Below, piece by piece: positions 8,479 to 17,858 of a stretch of DNA of 45,448 nt. Position 1 is the stretch's first letter, and each line of letters starts with the position of its first letter. Origin of the DNA: a virus (Duplodnaviria; Caudoviricetes); the IMG/VR virus record IMGVR_UViG_3300032320_000175, positions 1 to 45,448 of that record; one strand, 5' to 3'. A program made the translations under genes and the position numbers. The notes beneath the pieces were generated by a model. It was not told the origin of the DNA and did no database searches. It saw only the letters and a list, made by a program, of their open reading frames with translations.

Positions 8479-11238
8479 ATGGGATTTGAACTTGATCGAT
8501 TGATGAAGCAGTTTGGGGTGGCGACTCCGAGTTTGAATTACTCGGGGACGGGTGTGCCCATAGACCCCGGTGTCCGACCCGTAGCCACTGATGCTTTAAA
8601 GGGCGACGACCTTGCCGCCTCACAAGCCAGATACGACAACTTGCTGTCCAAGTACAACATCGACAAAGCCAACTATCCTGCTGACCAAGCCTTGTATAAC
8701 ACCTACAAGACTGAGTATCAGAACCGCATGCTTGGCACACCTCAGTACATGATGGCTCAATTCCAAACAGGTAATGAGCCTAAGTCTGCTGGATTGCAAT
8801 TTGCAACTCGTCCTGATGTCAATGTTGCGACTGGCTCTGGCATGGGTTTAAAGCAATACAACACAAACATTCAAGACTACGCAACTAAAAACCCAACAGC
8901 TAACACAGCCGCAATCAATGCGTATGCGGACAAATACGGCATCAGCGCTCAAGACATCTACAACGCGACTAACAACCGTTGGGGCAACACTTTACAGGTT
9001 CCTAAGTATGGAACATTGTCGCCAACAGTGACTACGCCAATAGTCACAACCCCAGTAACATCTATTGTTGGTGGTGGTGGCAACGACAGCGTTGTTACTT
9101 CTATTGTTGGTGGAACTGGCAACGACACAATTATTGGTGGCGGCGGTTTAGTTTGCGGCGTAGGCATGACGCTTAGTGCTGATGGAAAATCATGCGTTCC
9201 CATTACTACTGTAGATACTACTGTTGGCGCTACTGGCAACGACACGATTGTTGCTGGTACTGGTAATGATGTCATTTCTGATGACGGTACTACTGACAGC
9301 ATCCTAGCTACTATTGCTACACTAAACGGCGGCACTGGTAACGATGTTATTACTACTGATGTAGCCGCTGATGACGGTACAACAGATAGCATTTTAGAAA
9401 CTATTGCAGGTCTTAATGGTGGTGACGGTGGCGCTCAAGATGACGGTACAACCCTTGGAATTTTGCAAACCATTGCAGATTTAAACAAAGATAAAAAAGA
9501 TGTCAGCGTTTTAGAAGCCGCTGGTGACGACACTATTTTTGGTGGTGGTGGAAATGATACTACGCTAGTAAACAACGACACTTTAGTTGCCGCTGATGAT
9601 GGAACAACTGGTGGTATTCAAGACGCTATCAACGAATTAAATGACAAGTACGAAGTGCAAGATTGGGAAAACCTAGACAACTCTGGCAACAGCGTTGGAA
9701 CAATGGCTGGCGATTTCTCATTAAACAGCGACAAAAACACTTACCTTGGCAATGACGGATTTAATCTAGACGGAAGTTACGATTTCCGTGGTAGTGACTA
9801 TGATTCATTTGGTGGGTTTGGTGGTGGCATGGGCGGTGGCGGCAAATACTTTGACGACATGGGCAACGCAACTATGGCTATGGCAAAAGGTGGCGCTGTA
9901 AAAACTCACTTCCAAACTGGCGGCGCTAACCAGCCTAGCGACATTGATCAGATGGCAGAAAATTATGGTGTTGGGCCACAGCCTGACATCATGAGCTACC
10001 AAGGCTCTAAGCTGTTCCCAATGCAAGGGCAGGCTCCTGCACCCGTTTCTAACCAAATGACTAGACGCGATGCTTACCCACCGACACCTCAATCGCCGAT
10101 GGACGCTCGTTCTGCTCAGTTGGACGCACTGCTCCAACGATATGCAGGTGATTCGCCTGACTACCGTTCTGAACTTGAAGAAGCGCGTACACGCTCCGAT
10201 AAAGAGTCAATGGCGTTTCAAAAAATGATTCAAGACGCTATGAAGGGTTCTGCTGATGCGGCTCCTTCAAAGGCAGAGATGTATTTCCGCTTAGCTTCAG
10301 CGTTTGGATCGCCCACCAAGACTGGTCATTTTGCTGAGTCACTTGGCAATGTGAACAAAGAACTTGCGGCTTACAGCAAGGAAGAGCGCGATGCTAAGAA
10401 AGCTCAGCGTGCACTTCAGTTGCAGATGGGTCTTGAAGGACAGAAAATGCGTGTGGCATCTGCTAAAGATGAACTTACAACATTGCGCACTTTGGCGGCT
10501 GAAGGCATGAAAGACAAGCGTGCTATTACGACTGAGATCATTAAAGACTTTATCAAGTCTGGTGAGCCAGAGTCTGCGGCGGGTAAGCAGGCAAAGGACG
10601 AGGGCTTGAAAGTTGGAACTCCTGAGTTCAAAGCCCGTGTCAACGAGATTGCCCAGACTAGCGTCGACGCTAAGTTAGCCCAAGTCACAGCGACATTGGC
10701 AGGCATGAGTGTCCAACAAGCTAATGCATCTTTGGCGCTCCAAAAGTTCCAAAACCAACAGGAACAGCAAACAAAGTTGACTCCAGCAGAAGTTGCGTTG
10801 AAGACTCAGACTGAAGACATGCTTGGTAGTACAACACAAGCTATGGAAGACCTCAAGCGTGCTTATGCGTTGAACCCAAATACATTTGATACTTCATTGC
10901 CAGACATTGCACAGCGCAAACTTCTTGAGGCGGCAGGTTCTAAAGACCCTAAGTTAGCAAATACTCGTGAGCAAGCTAACTTGCTGGACAGGGGAGCGTT
11001 GGCGCAGTTGAAGGCCACCTTCCCCGGGGCGATCTCCGATGCCGAAACCCGCGCCCTCAGAGAGCTTCAAGGTCTTGGCGCTAAGAGCGTCGAAGAGCGT
11101 GCTCGAATTATGAAAAATGGTTACCGTGCTTTGAAATCCATTGACGAGCGTAGCAAGCGCCGCCTCGATGAGATCAAGCGCGGTGTATACAGAGACACAA
11201 CTTCTAGCGCAACTCCTACACCAGAAGGACTTGAATAA
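8479..11238 (+). CDS. Large internal virion protein with acidic GGxGND repeat region
   Basis: 919 aa; SD AAGGA; low-complexity D/G/T middle and helical C-terminal half. Confidence 0.6.
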   Translation: MGFELDRLMKQFGVATPSLNYSGTGVPIDPGVRPVATDALKGDDLAASQARYDNLLSKYNIDKANYPADQALYNTYKTEYQNRMLGTPQYMMAQFQTGNEPKSAGLQFATRPDVNVATGSGMGLKQYNTNIQDYATKNPTANTAAINAYADKYGISAQDIYNATNNRWGNTLQVPKYGTLSPTVTTPIVTTPVTSIVGGGGNDSVVTSIVGGTGNDTIIGGGGLVCGVGMTLSADGKSCVPITTVDTTVGATGNDTIVAGTGNDVISDDGTTDSILATIATLNGGTGNDVITTDVAADDGTTDSILETIAGLNGGDGGAQDDGTTLGILQTIADLNKDKKDVSVLEAAGDDTIFGGGGNDTTLVNNDTLVAADDGTTGGIQDAINELNDKYEVQDWENLDNSGNSVGTMAGDFSLNSDKNTYLGNDGFNLDGSYDFRGSDYDSFGGFGGGMGGGGKYFDDMGNATMAMAKGGAVKTHFQTGGANQPSDIDQMAENYGVGPQPDIMSYQGSKLFPMQGQAPAPVSNQMTRRDAYPPTPQSPMDARSAQLDALLQRYAGDSPDYRSELEEARTRSDKESMAFQKMIQDAMKGSADAAPSKAEMYFRLASAFGSPTKTGHFAESLGNVNKELAAYSKEERDAKKAQRALQLQMGLEGQKMRVASAKDELTTLRTLAAEGMKDKRAITTEIIKDFIKSGEPESAAGKQAKDEGLKVGTPEFKARVNEIAQTSVDAKLAQVTATLAGMSVQQANASLALQKFQNQQEQQTKLTPAEVALKTQTEDMLGSTTQAMEDLKRAYALNPNTFDTSLPDIAQRKLLEAAGSKDPKLANTREQANLLDRGALAQLKATFPGAISDAETRALRELQGLGAKSVEERARIMKNGYRALKSIDERSKRRLDEIKRGVYRDTTSSATPTPEGLE

Positions 11239-13283
11239 TGGCTGACTTAACGCTTTCGGATTTGGTGCTTGGTAAGAAGCCACCTGCTAACCGCAAGGTT
11301 GGTGATGTTCGTGCTCTGCTTGGTCAAGGACTAGGCATGGGTTGGGGTGATGAGGGCGAGGCTTGGCTCCGCTCTAAACTTGGGAGTAAGAGTTATGAAG
11401 ACAATCTGGCAAAAATTCGTGACGAGTATGCGCAATATTCTGCTGAAAATCCGTATGCGGCTGGGTCGCTAGAGTTTGCGGGTGGGATGTTGCCTGCGGT
11501 GGGGATGATGTTGACCCCCGGGGGTCAGCCCGCCGCCCTCGCCCAAACTGGACGCGCCTCTGCTGGCTTCCTTTCACGCCTTGCTCAAAGCCCCATGGCT
11601 CGTAGCATCGCCGCTGGTGGCACAACTGGTGCTGTCGCTGGCGCTGGCACAGCCACTGAGGGTGAGCGTGGCTCTGGTGCTGGTACAGGCGCTCTAATGG
11701 GCACTACTTTAGGCGCGGCTATCCCTATTGGTATGCGCACTGCTGGAAGTGGCTACAACTGGCTTAAAGAGCGCTTGATGCCTACTCCGCAAGGCATTCA
11801 AGATCGCGCCTCAGCAAAGATGCTAGACACCTTGAAGCAGGCTCAGTTAACACCACAGCAGATCGAAGCTGTGATGCGTAAAGACGCAAGCATGCGTGTG
11901 CCTTCGACAATAGCTAATGTAGACCCAGCGATGGTGGACTTGGCTGAAGCGGTGGCACAGCGAGTTGGCAGTGGTCGTCAGGTAATTGCTAAGACGCTTG
12001 GTGAGCAGAAGGCTGGCATTCGTGATCGGACTTATGGGCAGGTGAAGCAGGGGCTGAAGCCGGGCGAGTTCTACGCCGACGAAGACCGCCTTGTCAAAGA
12101 ACTCCGCGACTTTGCTGGCACAGCCTACGACGATGCCTACAATGTTGGCAGTGTCAACGATCCTAAGATCATGACCATCCTCGAGCAACCCGAAGTCAAG
12201 TCAGTCTATGACCTTGCCAGACAGATTGCTAGTGGTGAGGCAAACCTTGCCAAAGTTCGTGGTCAAGACCCAAGCAAATTTAAGCTCGAGCCTCTGTACA
12301 TTGCTGACGCAGAAGGAAACATCAAAGTCTCCTCAATCCCTGATGTGCGCACCCTTGACTACATGAAACGCGCCATGGACGCTATAATCAAGTCTGGTTA
12401 TAGCTCCACAGATGCGACTGTCAAAACTCAAGCTGGCACGCTCAAAGGCATGCGCAATGAGTTGCGTGACCGCCTAAAAACCGTAGTTCCTGAGTACGAC
12501 ACAGCGCTGACCAAGTACGCTGGCGACATGGAAGTCATCGATGCCATGAGAGCTGGTATGGATAAATTCCGTGGCATGGATCACGAAGAAGTTGCCAAGC
12601 TCGTTAAGGGTATGTCTCCATCTGAAAAAGAAGCGTTCCGCACTGGTGTGGCTCGTGACATCTATGGACAGATTATGGGGCCAGCCTCCGTGCGTAACTC
12701 AGCGCAAAATGTCATTGGTTCTCCTGAGATGCAACAAAAGCTCATGCCTTTGTTTGACGATCCTGCACACTTTAAGTTGTTTAAAGCGGCGCTTGAGCGT
12801 GAGTCTCAATTGTTTAACCAAGCTAACAGCATCTTGGCTAACTCGAGCACCGCTCGTCGCACTCAGATGAACCAAGCGCTTGAGGGTGATAACTCTATGG
12901 GTGAAGCTATTGGAAACGCCATCACAGGTGGTTTCTGGTCATCCCTAACTGGTCTAGCGGCTAAAGCGGCTAAGAGCACCACCATGACTCAGGATACGGC
13001 TGACAAACTAGCTGGCATGCTGATGTCTAATAATCCTGCTGAAGTTGCCGCAACTGTCAAGGTTTTGGAAGACTACGCCAAGAGAGCCGCTCCTCGTGAG
13101 GCAAGGGCAACCAAAGCTGAGATTGGCACGACCATGGGCACAGCAAGCGCTATTTTCCCATCGCCAGCACCAAAAGAAACAGCCCCTGATATTGCAACTG
13201 ATATTGGAACAATACCCGTAACTAGCAGTGGTGCTCCTGACATTGAAGCTGACATTGAGGCAGAATTAGCTAAAATGAAATAA
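11238..13283 (+). CDS. Internal virion / DNA transfer protein
   Basis: 681 aa helical; GQG...GWGDE.EA motif and G/A-rich stretch typical of podovirus ejection proteins; last gene before terminator. Confidence 0.6.
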   Translation: MADLTLSDLVLGKKPPANRKVGDVRALLGQGLGMGWGDEGEAWLRSKLGSKSYEDNLAKIRDEYAQYSAENPYAAGSLEFAGGMLPAVGMMLTPGGQPAALAQTGRASAGFLSRLAQSPMARSIAAGGTTGAVAGAGTATEGERGSGAGTGALMGTTLGAAIPIGMRTAGSGYNWLKERLMPTPQGIQDRASAKMLDTLKQAQLTPQQIEAVMRKDASMRVPSTIANVDPAMVDLAEAVAQRVGSGRQVIAKTLGEQKAGIRDRTYGQVKQGLKPGEFYADEDRLVKELRDFAGTAYDDAYNVGSVNDPKIMTILEQPEVKSVYDLARQIASGEANLAKVRGQDPSKFKLEPLYIADAEGNIKVSSIPDVRTLDYMKRAMDAIIKSGYSSTDATVKTQAGTLKGMRNELRDRLKTVVPEYDTALTKYAGDMEVIDAMRAGMDKFRGMDHEEVAKLVKGMSPSEKEAFRTGVARDIYGQIMGPASVRNSAQNVIGSPEMQQKLMPLFDDPAHFKLFKAALERESQLFNQANSILANSSTARRTQMNQALEGDNSMGEAIGNAITGGFWSSLTGLAAKAAKSTTMTQDTADKLAGMLMSNNPAEVAATVKVLEDYAKRAAPREARATKAEIGTTMGTASAIFPSPAPKETAPDIATDIGTIPVTSSGAPDIEADIEAELAKMK

Positions 13284-13304
13284 CACTTTTGCAGAGTGCC
13301 ATTT

Positions 13305-13331
13305 AGCCCTGTTCACTCAGGGCTTTTTTTT
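13305..13331 (+). terminator. Rho-independent terminator at the convergence of late and early operons
   Basis: AGCCCTG-ttcact-CAGGGCT followed by a T run. Confidence 0.85.
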
Positions 13332-13334
13332 GGT

Positions 13335-13391
13335 GGGGGTACTAACTGCTCGTCCGCAAGCTAAGAAAAGCCTTTGCACAGCGTTCCCCCC
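13335..13391 (-). ncRNA. Candidate structured RNA/ssDNA element downstream of SSB-like gene
   Basis: Minus strand GGGGG..GCTG.TGCAA..TTGCG-GACGAG-CAGT..CCCCC folds into a long interrupted stem. Confidence 0.4.
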
Positions 13392-13396
13392 GTTGA

Positions 13397-13636
13397 TCAG
13401 AACGGGATGTCATCTCCATCATCGCGTGGCAAACCTTGGTACGGCTCTTTTGGTTTTTGCTCAAACACTTGGAACCAGCCATCGTAATCTTTGGAGTCAG
13501 GGCGTGAATCCATTTTGATTTTAATTTTACCACTGTCCTCAATAAACAGTGTGCCATGGCTTGACCAGTAGGTTTTCTTTTCGCCTTTTACTTCGTATTC
13601 ACGAGCCGCGAATTTGATATCGTATTTTTTAGACAT
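13397..13636 (-). CDS. Small single-stranded DNA-binding protein-like
   Basis: KTYW...GT beta-rich core and acidic C-terminal tail DDGDDIPF; next to ERF and exonuclease. Confidence 0.7.
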   Translation of the reverse strand: MSKKYDIKFAAREYEVKGEKKTYWSSHGTLFIEDSGKIKIKMDSRPDSKDYDGWFQVFEQKPKEPYQGLPRDDGDDIPF

Positions 13637-14262
13637 TATTTGCTTTCAATAATTGATTGGATTTTTGCTACTTTTTCAGCAACTTCGCCGAGGAACTTGG
13701 TGACTTCAGCTTCCATCTCTTCAATGAACGCCTCATCTCGTGCCACTCTTTTTATAAACATTTGCGCCTTAGCTGGCATGCGTGGATCGAACACCACATA
13801 ATCACACCACTGACGACCCGTGCAAGCCATCTGGAACTGCATCTGGGTGTTGTACTTGGATGCCACAACACCTGTGAGCAACACATCGATCATGGTGGCT
13901 GTGTTAGGGCACTTGATCTCTATGAGTCCATCATCCCCCACCAAGCCATCAGGAGAGGCTCCAGCCATCTCAATTGTTGGATGGGATACAAACCCACACT
14001 CCTCGACCATAGCGCCCTGTGTGGCTTCGTATTCAGCGCGGGCATAGGGTTCCTGATCCGTACCCCACTGCATGGCGGCGTTGGTAAAAGACTCAGCCTG
14101 TGAGTTGGAGATGCGCTCCACCACAAGTTGAGCCATGTAGTTCTCACGAGTTGCTGAGTAACCTGTCTTGGTTTTAGCCATCAGGTCAGCGACACGAGAG
14201 GCAGTCACCTTGCCTAAGCGCAGGGCAAACCATTCGTTTGAGCGTTGTTCGACTTCAATCAT
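13636..14262 (-). CDS. YqaJ-like (lambda-type) exonuclease
   Basis: QRSNEWFALRLGKVTAS, MQWG...EP.AR, GASPDGLV, IEIKCP, QMQFQM motifs. Confidence 0.93.
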   Translation of the reverse strand: MIEVEQRSNEWFALRLGKVTASRVADLMAKTKTGYSATRENYMAQLVVERISNSQAESFTNAAMQWGTDQEPYARAEYEATQGAMVEECGFVSHPTIEMAGASPDGLVGDDGLIEIKCPNTATMIDVLLTGVVASKYNTQMQFQMACTGRQWCDYVVFDPRMPAKAQMFIKRVARDEAFIEEMEAEVTKFLGEVAEKVAKIQSIIESK

Positions 14263-14422
14263 TTCGGGCTTTCATCATCTCGTTTGCTTGGTCATATGCT
14301 TTGGCGGCAATGTTCTCTTGGTCTGCTTCTGTACCACTTGCTAGGTCACCGACCATGGCAAAGATGGCAAAGAAGTCACGCAAGGTCATTTGATCAAGGT
14401 GGATAGGTTTTTCTTTTTTCAT
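14255..14422 (-). CDS. Small conserved phage protein (MTLRDxFA type), not in ORF track
   Basis: 55 aa MKKEKPIHLDQMTLRDFFAIFAM...AAKAYDQANEMMKARND; fills the gap, overlapping both neighbours. Confidence 0.75.
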   Translation of the reverse strand: MKKEKPIHLDQMTLRDFFAIFAMVGDLASGTEADQENIAAKAYDQANEMMKARND

Positions 14423-14988
14423 TTGGCACTTTCTTTTTTGGCTTTTTCAACACGGGCTTTCTTTGCGGCAATCACTTTGGCTTGCCAGCCTTGGTCACCC
14501 TTGCAGGCTTCGTAGGCTTGTGAGTAGGCTTTCTGCAACTCTTCTGAGTTAGCGCTGGCGCTGATGGCGGCAAGGTGGTCAGCCATTACGCCTTCAGGAA
14601 TCTTGGACTCTGTCTTACGGGATGCGGCATTGCCATCGTCGTCCTCTGGAGCGATACCACAAGCCGCCATGAGCGAACCCCTACGGGCATAGGTTAAGGC
14701 GCTCATGTAGCCCTGTGGGTCGTTCTTGGCGGCAGGGAAGTACAGACGACCACAGCTAAGGGACTCGCCTGACTCGTGTAGGAACATTGTCTCTACGATC
14801 ACGCCATCAGGATGGTCATGGGTTTGTTGGATCAGGGAGATGCCATTGTCGTTAAGGCTGTCCATGACTGCTTCTACGCAGGCGGCAAGGTCAGCGTACT
14901 TGGAGCGGAAGTGTGGGTTGACAGAGCTTTTGAGGGCAGGGCCAAACGCCTTCTGTGCTTTGACTAAAGCGGTTGCTATGTTTTTCAT
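14419..14988 (-). CDS. erf: ERF-family single-strand annealing recombinase
   Basis: NPHFRSKYADL, HESGE, SALTYARR..L.AACGIAPEDDDGN signature. Confidence 0.92.
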   Translation of the reverse strand: MKNIATALVKAQKAFGPALKSSVNPHFRSKYADLAACVEAVMDSLNDNGISLIQQTHDHPDGVIVETMFLHESGESLSCGRLYFPAAKNDPQGYMSALTYARRGSLMAACGIAPEDDDGNAASRKTESKIPEGVMADHLAAISASANSEELQKAYSQAYEACKGDQGWQAKVIAAKKARVEKAKKESAK

Positions 14989-15179
14989 TTTTGAGCTTTC
15001 ATAATTTGCAGGTTGAGGACTTTGACTTGTTCTTGGTTAATTTCTAACTGGTAGCAAAGGTCACGGATCGTGCCTTGGAGCATGCCTACTTGGTAGGCTA
15101 AGCGGTCACGCGCATCTGCGTCTTGGTAGGTCTTGGAGGCTTGCAAAGCAACTTGGCTGATGATCTGGTCGGCGTTCAT
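14985..15179 (-). CDS. Hypothetical protein
   Basis: 64-aa ORF in a coupled early operon. Confidence 0.7.
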   Translation of the reverse strand: MNADQIISQVALQASKTYQDADARDRLAYQVGMLQGTIRDLCYQLEINQEQVKVLNLQIMKAQK

Positions 15180-15373
15180 TCTTCTTCCTTTAAATAAACT
15201 GTTAGGCGCTTGATTCGGTCTGAGTGGTAGTCACACATACGCTTTGCATATTCCTGAGCGCTAAGAGCCACTAACAGCTTGCGATGTGCCATTTCAAGCT
15301 CATTAACCGCTAAGTCTTTTGCAGAAGGTAAGCGGAAATATTCTTTGAGTTTGTCAATCATGCTTTGCTCCAT
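15176..15373 (-). CDS. Hypothetical protein
   Basis: 65-aa ORF (start may be 15361), coupled to neighbours. Confidence 0.7.
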   Translation of the reverse strand: MEQSMIDKLKEYFRLPSAKDLAVNELEMAHRKLLVALSAQEYAKRMCDYHSDRIKRLTVYLKEEE

Positions 15374-15549
15374 TCTTTAGCTCGTTCATACAAATTTTCT
15401 AAGACTAAACAATAGTAGTCAGCCATTGAATCGTTTTGTGCTTTTACATATGCATCAAACTTTTTTTCAACATAACTAAACGCATGAGTTGGGCCATGCT
15501 CAATAAGCATTTCTTTAGCAAAGTCATTGATTGGTTTTAAATTTTTCAT
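15358..15549 (-). CDS. Hypothetical protein
   Basis: 63-aa ORF with SD AAGGA. Confidence 0.7.
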   Translation of the reverse strand: MKNLKPINDFAKEMLIEHGPTHAFSYVEKKFDAYVKAQNDSMADYYCLVLENLYERAKEWSKA

Positions 15550-15563
15550 GATGTGTCCTTAGT

Positions 15564-15579
15564 GGGGGCCGAAGCCCCC
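15564..15579 (-). other. GC-rich cUUCGg hairpin just upstream of an RBS (no U tract)
   Basis: Minus strand GGGGGC-TTCG-GCCCCC then ACTAAGGA. Confidence 0.6.
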
Positions 15580-15586
15580 TGTTGGT

Positions 15587-15859
15587 TTAGCCGATGAGGA
15601 ATTTCACATCAGCCACATCAAGGGCGTTTGCCAGACGACCGTTAGCGTTGATGCTGTACTCGATTTGAGCAATGGTAGGGGTCATGAGCATTGTGTAGTC
15701 AATGCCAGAGATGCACTGGTTTGTGCCCTCGTACCATGTATAAGTTACATGGTTGCCATCGATGCTCTCGACGGTGTAGACCTGAGTCTCTAGTCTGTCA
15801 GTAGCGACGACCAGCAATCCTGCACGGATGTTTTGTTTTTTGATTTTGGCGTTTGCCAT
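15587..15859 (-). CDS. Hypothetical early protein
   Basis: 90-aa ORF directly behind promoter cassette 1, SD AAGGA. Confidence 0.75.
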   Translation of the reverse strand: MANAKIKKQNIRAGLLVVATDRLETQVYTVESIDGNHVTYTWYEGTNQCISGIDYTMLMTPTIAQIEYSINANGRLANALDVADVKFLIG

Positions 15860-15864
15860 CTTAG

Positions 15865-15973
15865 TTTCCTTGAAAAGACCGCTTGCAAAATGCTACGGCA
15901 TGGGAGTGATTGTATAGCAATCTAAACAGTTACAACAGGTTTTTACAATTATTTTCTAGGTGCTTACCCTAAT
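15865..15973 (-). promoter_or_regulatory. Early promoter cassette copy 1 (TAGG box, operator, -10 TACAAT, leader hairpin, SD)
   Basis: Imperfect repeat of 16625-16725 and 18528-18614. Confidence 0.8.
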
Positions 15974-15974
15974 A

Positions 15975-15991
15975 GGGGGCTTTCGCCCCCC
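15975..15991 (-). terminator. Hairpin / weak terminator after gene 15997-16620
   Basis: Minus strand GGGGGC-GAAA-GCCCCC followed by TATT. Confidence 0.55.
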
Positions 15992-15996
15992 TCGGG

Positions 15997-16620
15997 TTAG
16001 ACAGAAGCCATCTTTCTCCAAGACTGAGAACCCATCCAGCCCTTGAAGAACTTGTCGCCACGCTGGAGCTTGTAGTACACCCGAGCGCCTTGGACTAATG
16101 TGCATGTGTATGTCGCGCCATCTAATGTCTTTTGGTCGCTAGGCATGATGAACGCAGGAGCTTCTTTTTTAGCAACTTCGACCAATGCTTTGCCATGGTA
16201 CTTGTCAGCCACCTGAACCATCATGTCGGCAAAGGATGTGCCCATCTCTGCGGTTCTGCGATAGTTCCACTCAAGGGCACGGATAGCATCGCGTTGCTCA
16301 TACGCTGTAGCTTCAGCAAATGGAATGAACTCCATAGCTTTTTTGGAGTGTGGGTGGCGTGTGATTGTTGTAGGCTTGATTTCACCAGAAGCCACAAGGT
16401 CAGCCTTTGCAATCATCTCAATGACTTGCTCACGAACTGAAGCGATGAGCGTGTCAGTTTGCTCACGGCTCACTTGGATAGGTGCAAAGTGCTTACCTGC
16501 ACATACGCCTTTGAACCAGCCGCTCTCGACTGTGTAGCCATGCTTTGCCATCCTGCCATCTACAACGGCGTGCTCACGACCACAGCACTGGCAGTTACCA
16601 CGGATTTGAATTGCTTTCAT
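15997..16620 (-). CDS. Hypothetical early protein with Cys/His (Zn-binding-like) N-terminus
   Basis: GNCQCCGR...KHGY...GVCAG; behind promoter cassette 2. Confidence 0.75.
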   Translation of the reverse strand: MKAIQIRGNCQCCGREHAVVDGRMAKHGYTVESGWFKGVCAGKHFAPIQVSREQTDTLIASVREQVIEMIAKADLVASGEIKPTTITRHPHSKKAMEFIPFAEATAYEQRDAIRALEWNYRRTAEMGTSFADMMVQVADKYHGKALVEVAKKEAPAFIMPSDQKTLDGATYTCTLVQGARVYYKLQRGDKFFKGWMGSQSWRKMASV

Positions 16621-16624
16621 GATG

Positions 16625-16725
16625 TTTCCCTTTTAAAAGACCCTATGCAAAATTGCTGGGGCATGGGTGCATTGTATAGCAAACTAAACACATGCAACAG
16701 TTTTTTTATTAGGACTTTCCCTAAT
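16625..16725 (-). promoter_or_regulatory. Early promoter cassette copy 2
   Basis: Same TAGG..CCTA box, GTATAG-N4-CTAAAC, TACAAT and leader hairpin. Confidence 0.8.
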
Positions 16726-16924
16726 GTTGTTTCAATGCAACGCGCAGTTTTTTGACTTGGTTATCACTAAGAGTTCCCCAATAAGTTAACTCGTGATACA
16801 TGTTCAGAATAAACTGGTCGTCTCCGTTGTAGGCTTCTAGATCGTTGATCAAGTCAGCGTGCTGGTCTTGCCATTGCTCAACATCGACAGAGTAGTTATT
16901 GGTTGGGGTTTGTGCAATTTTCAT
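16721..16924 (-). CDS. Hypothetical protein
   Basis: 67-aa ORF, ATGA-coupled; WGTLSDNQV motif. Confidence 0.65.
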   Translation of the reverse strand: MKIAQTPTNNYSVDVEQWQDQHADLINDLEAYNGDDQFILNMYHELTYWGTLSDNQVKKLRVALKQH

Positions 16925-17076
16925 TCTGGAAACGCCTTGTCAACGAGCGCTTTGATTTTTTGATTGCGCTCATAGTTTATAAATGCTTGCTTAACAAACG
17001 GTGCAACAAACCACATGGATTTATTTTTGCGTGCCATCATTGCCAAAGTGCGGTGGCGGTTAGTTCTGACTTTCAT
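16921..17076 (-). CDS. Small basic hypothetical protein
   Basis: MKVRTNRHRTLAMM...; start reassigned to ATG 17076 behind AGGAG. Confidence 0.6.
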   Translation of the reverse strand: MKVRTNRHRTLAMMARKNKSMWFVAPFVKQAFINYERNQKIKALVDKAFPE

Positions 17077-17702
17077 GTTCTCTCCTGAATATCGTAAAAC
17101 CAGTCGTCGCCTGCTGACCACTTGCGACTACCATCTACTGTCCACAAAGACTTAGCCGCTTGAAAATCTACCTTCTTTGTCTCGGCTGGTGTCAAGCTCT
17201 GGTCGTACCACAAGCACCTGTTGTTTGGCTGGCATGCAAACTGACCATTGTCTAAAGCAATCCAGTTAAAGCTCTTGTGCTCTTCAGCTTGCTCTGTAAA
17301 CCCAGTGTCGACTTCCATGCCATCAGCACAAAAATCCACAGTGAACATGTACTTTCCAAAGTGCCATTCTTTGTCTTTGCCAAGAAACTTCACGCCTAAG
17401 TTACGCAGGCCAATCTTTTCAACGATTGTGAATTGGTAACCCATGCAGTCCCACAGTTGCAGGGTGTCAATTGGCAGGTCACCAGCTTCTGTGTGCCACA
17501 CATAGGCATGGATAGGTAGCTTGTCGTACAGAGCGCCATACGCAGGCAACAGGGACTCAATCCTAAACACCTGACCACGCAGGGCTTTAAGGCTTACCCA
17601 GACCGCTGGCTCCAACTCGCCATGCCCTTTTTGAAAGTTGTACAAAAACTCCTTGCGCACAAAACATTTGATAGGTGGCAATGATGCAATGATGTAGCTC
17701 AT
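17073..17702 (-). CDS. Conserved phage hypothetical protein
   Basis: 209 aa; LPIHAY, LQLWDC, YMFTVD, EHKS and DNGQFACQPNNR motifs, which I recall from aquatic phage proteins. Confidence 0.8.
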   Translation of the reverse strand: MSYIIASLPPIKCFVRKEFLYNFQKGHGELEPAVWVSLKALRGQVFRIESLLPAYGALYDKLPIHAYVWHTEAGDLPIDTLQLWDCMGYQFTIVEKIGLRNLGVKFLGKDKEWHFGKYMFTVDFCADGMEVDTGFTEQAEEHKSFNWIALDNGQFACQPNNRCLWYDQSLTPAETKKVDFQAAKSLWTVDGSRKWSAGDDWFYDIQERT

Positions 17703-17854
17703 TTATTTTTTTCCAGTAAAGCAGTTTGTATTTTGTTAGCCCACTCCAAGACCTTGATCAAGTTCCAGTTGGAGCTACTTGCATCAATGCCCAAGGCGGC
17801 TTGAATCTCTTCGTCAGTCAAGGGAATCAATTCAACGGTTTCATTGTTTGTCAT
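17699..17854 (-). CDS. Small hypothetical protein (LTDEEI motif), not in ORF track
   Basis: 51 aa MTNNETVELIPLTDEEIQAALG...LLEKNK; SD AAGGA; coupled to downstream gene. Confidence 0.65.
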   Translation of the reverse strand: MTNNETVELIPLTDEEIQAALGIDASSSNWNLIKVLEWANKIQTALLEKNK

Positions 17855-17858
17855 TTGT

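Noticed and set aside
3232-13255. Many minus-strand ORFs (60-144 aa) opposite the virion genes
   Set aside because: Antisense shadows of long, coupled plus-strand genes; no RBS or recognisable motifs
13342-13557. Alternative minus-strand ORF overlapping the SSB-like gene
   Set aside because: The 13397-13636 frame has the convincing DDIPF tail and is coupled to the exonuclease gene
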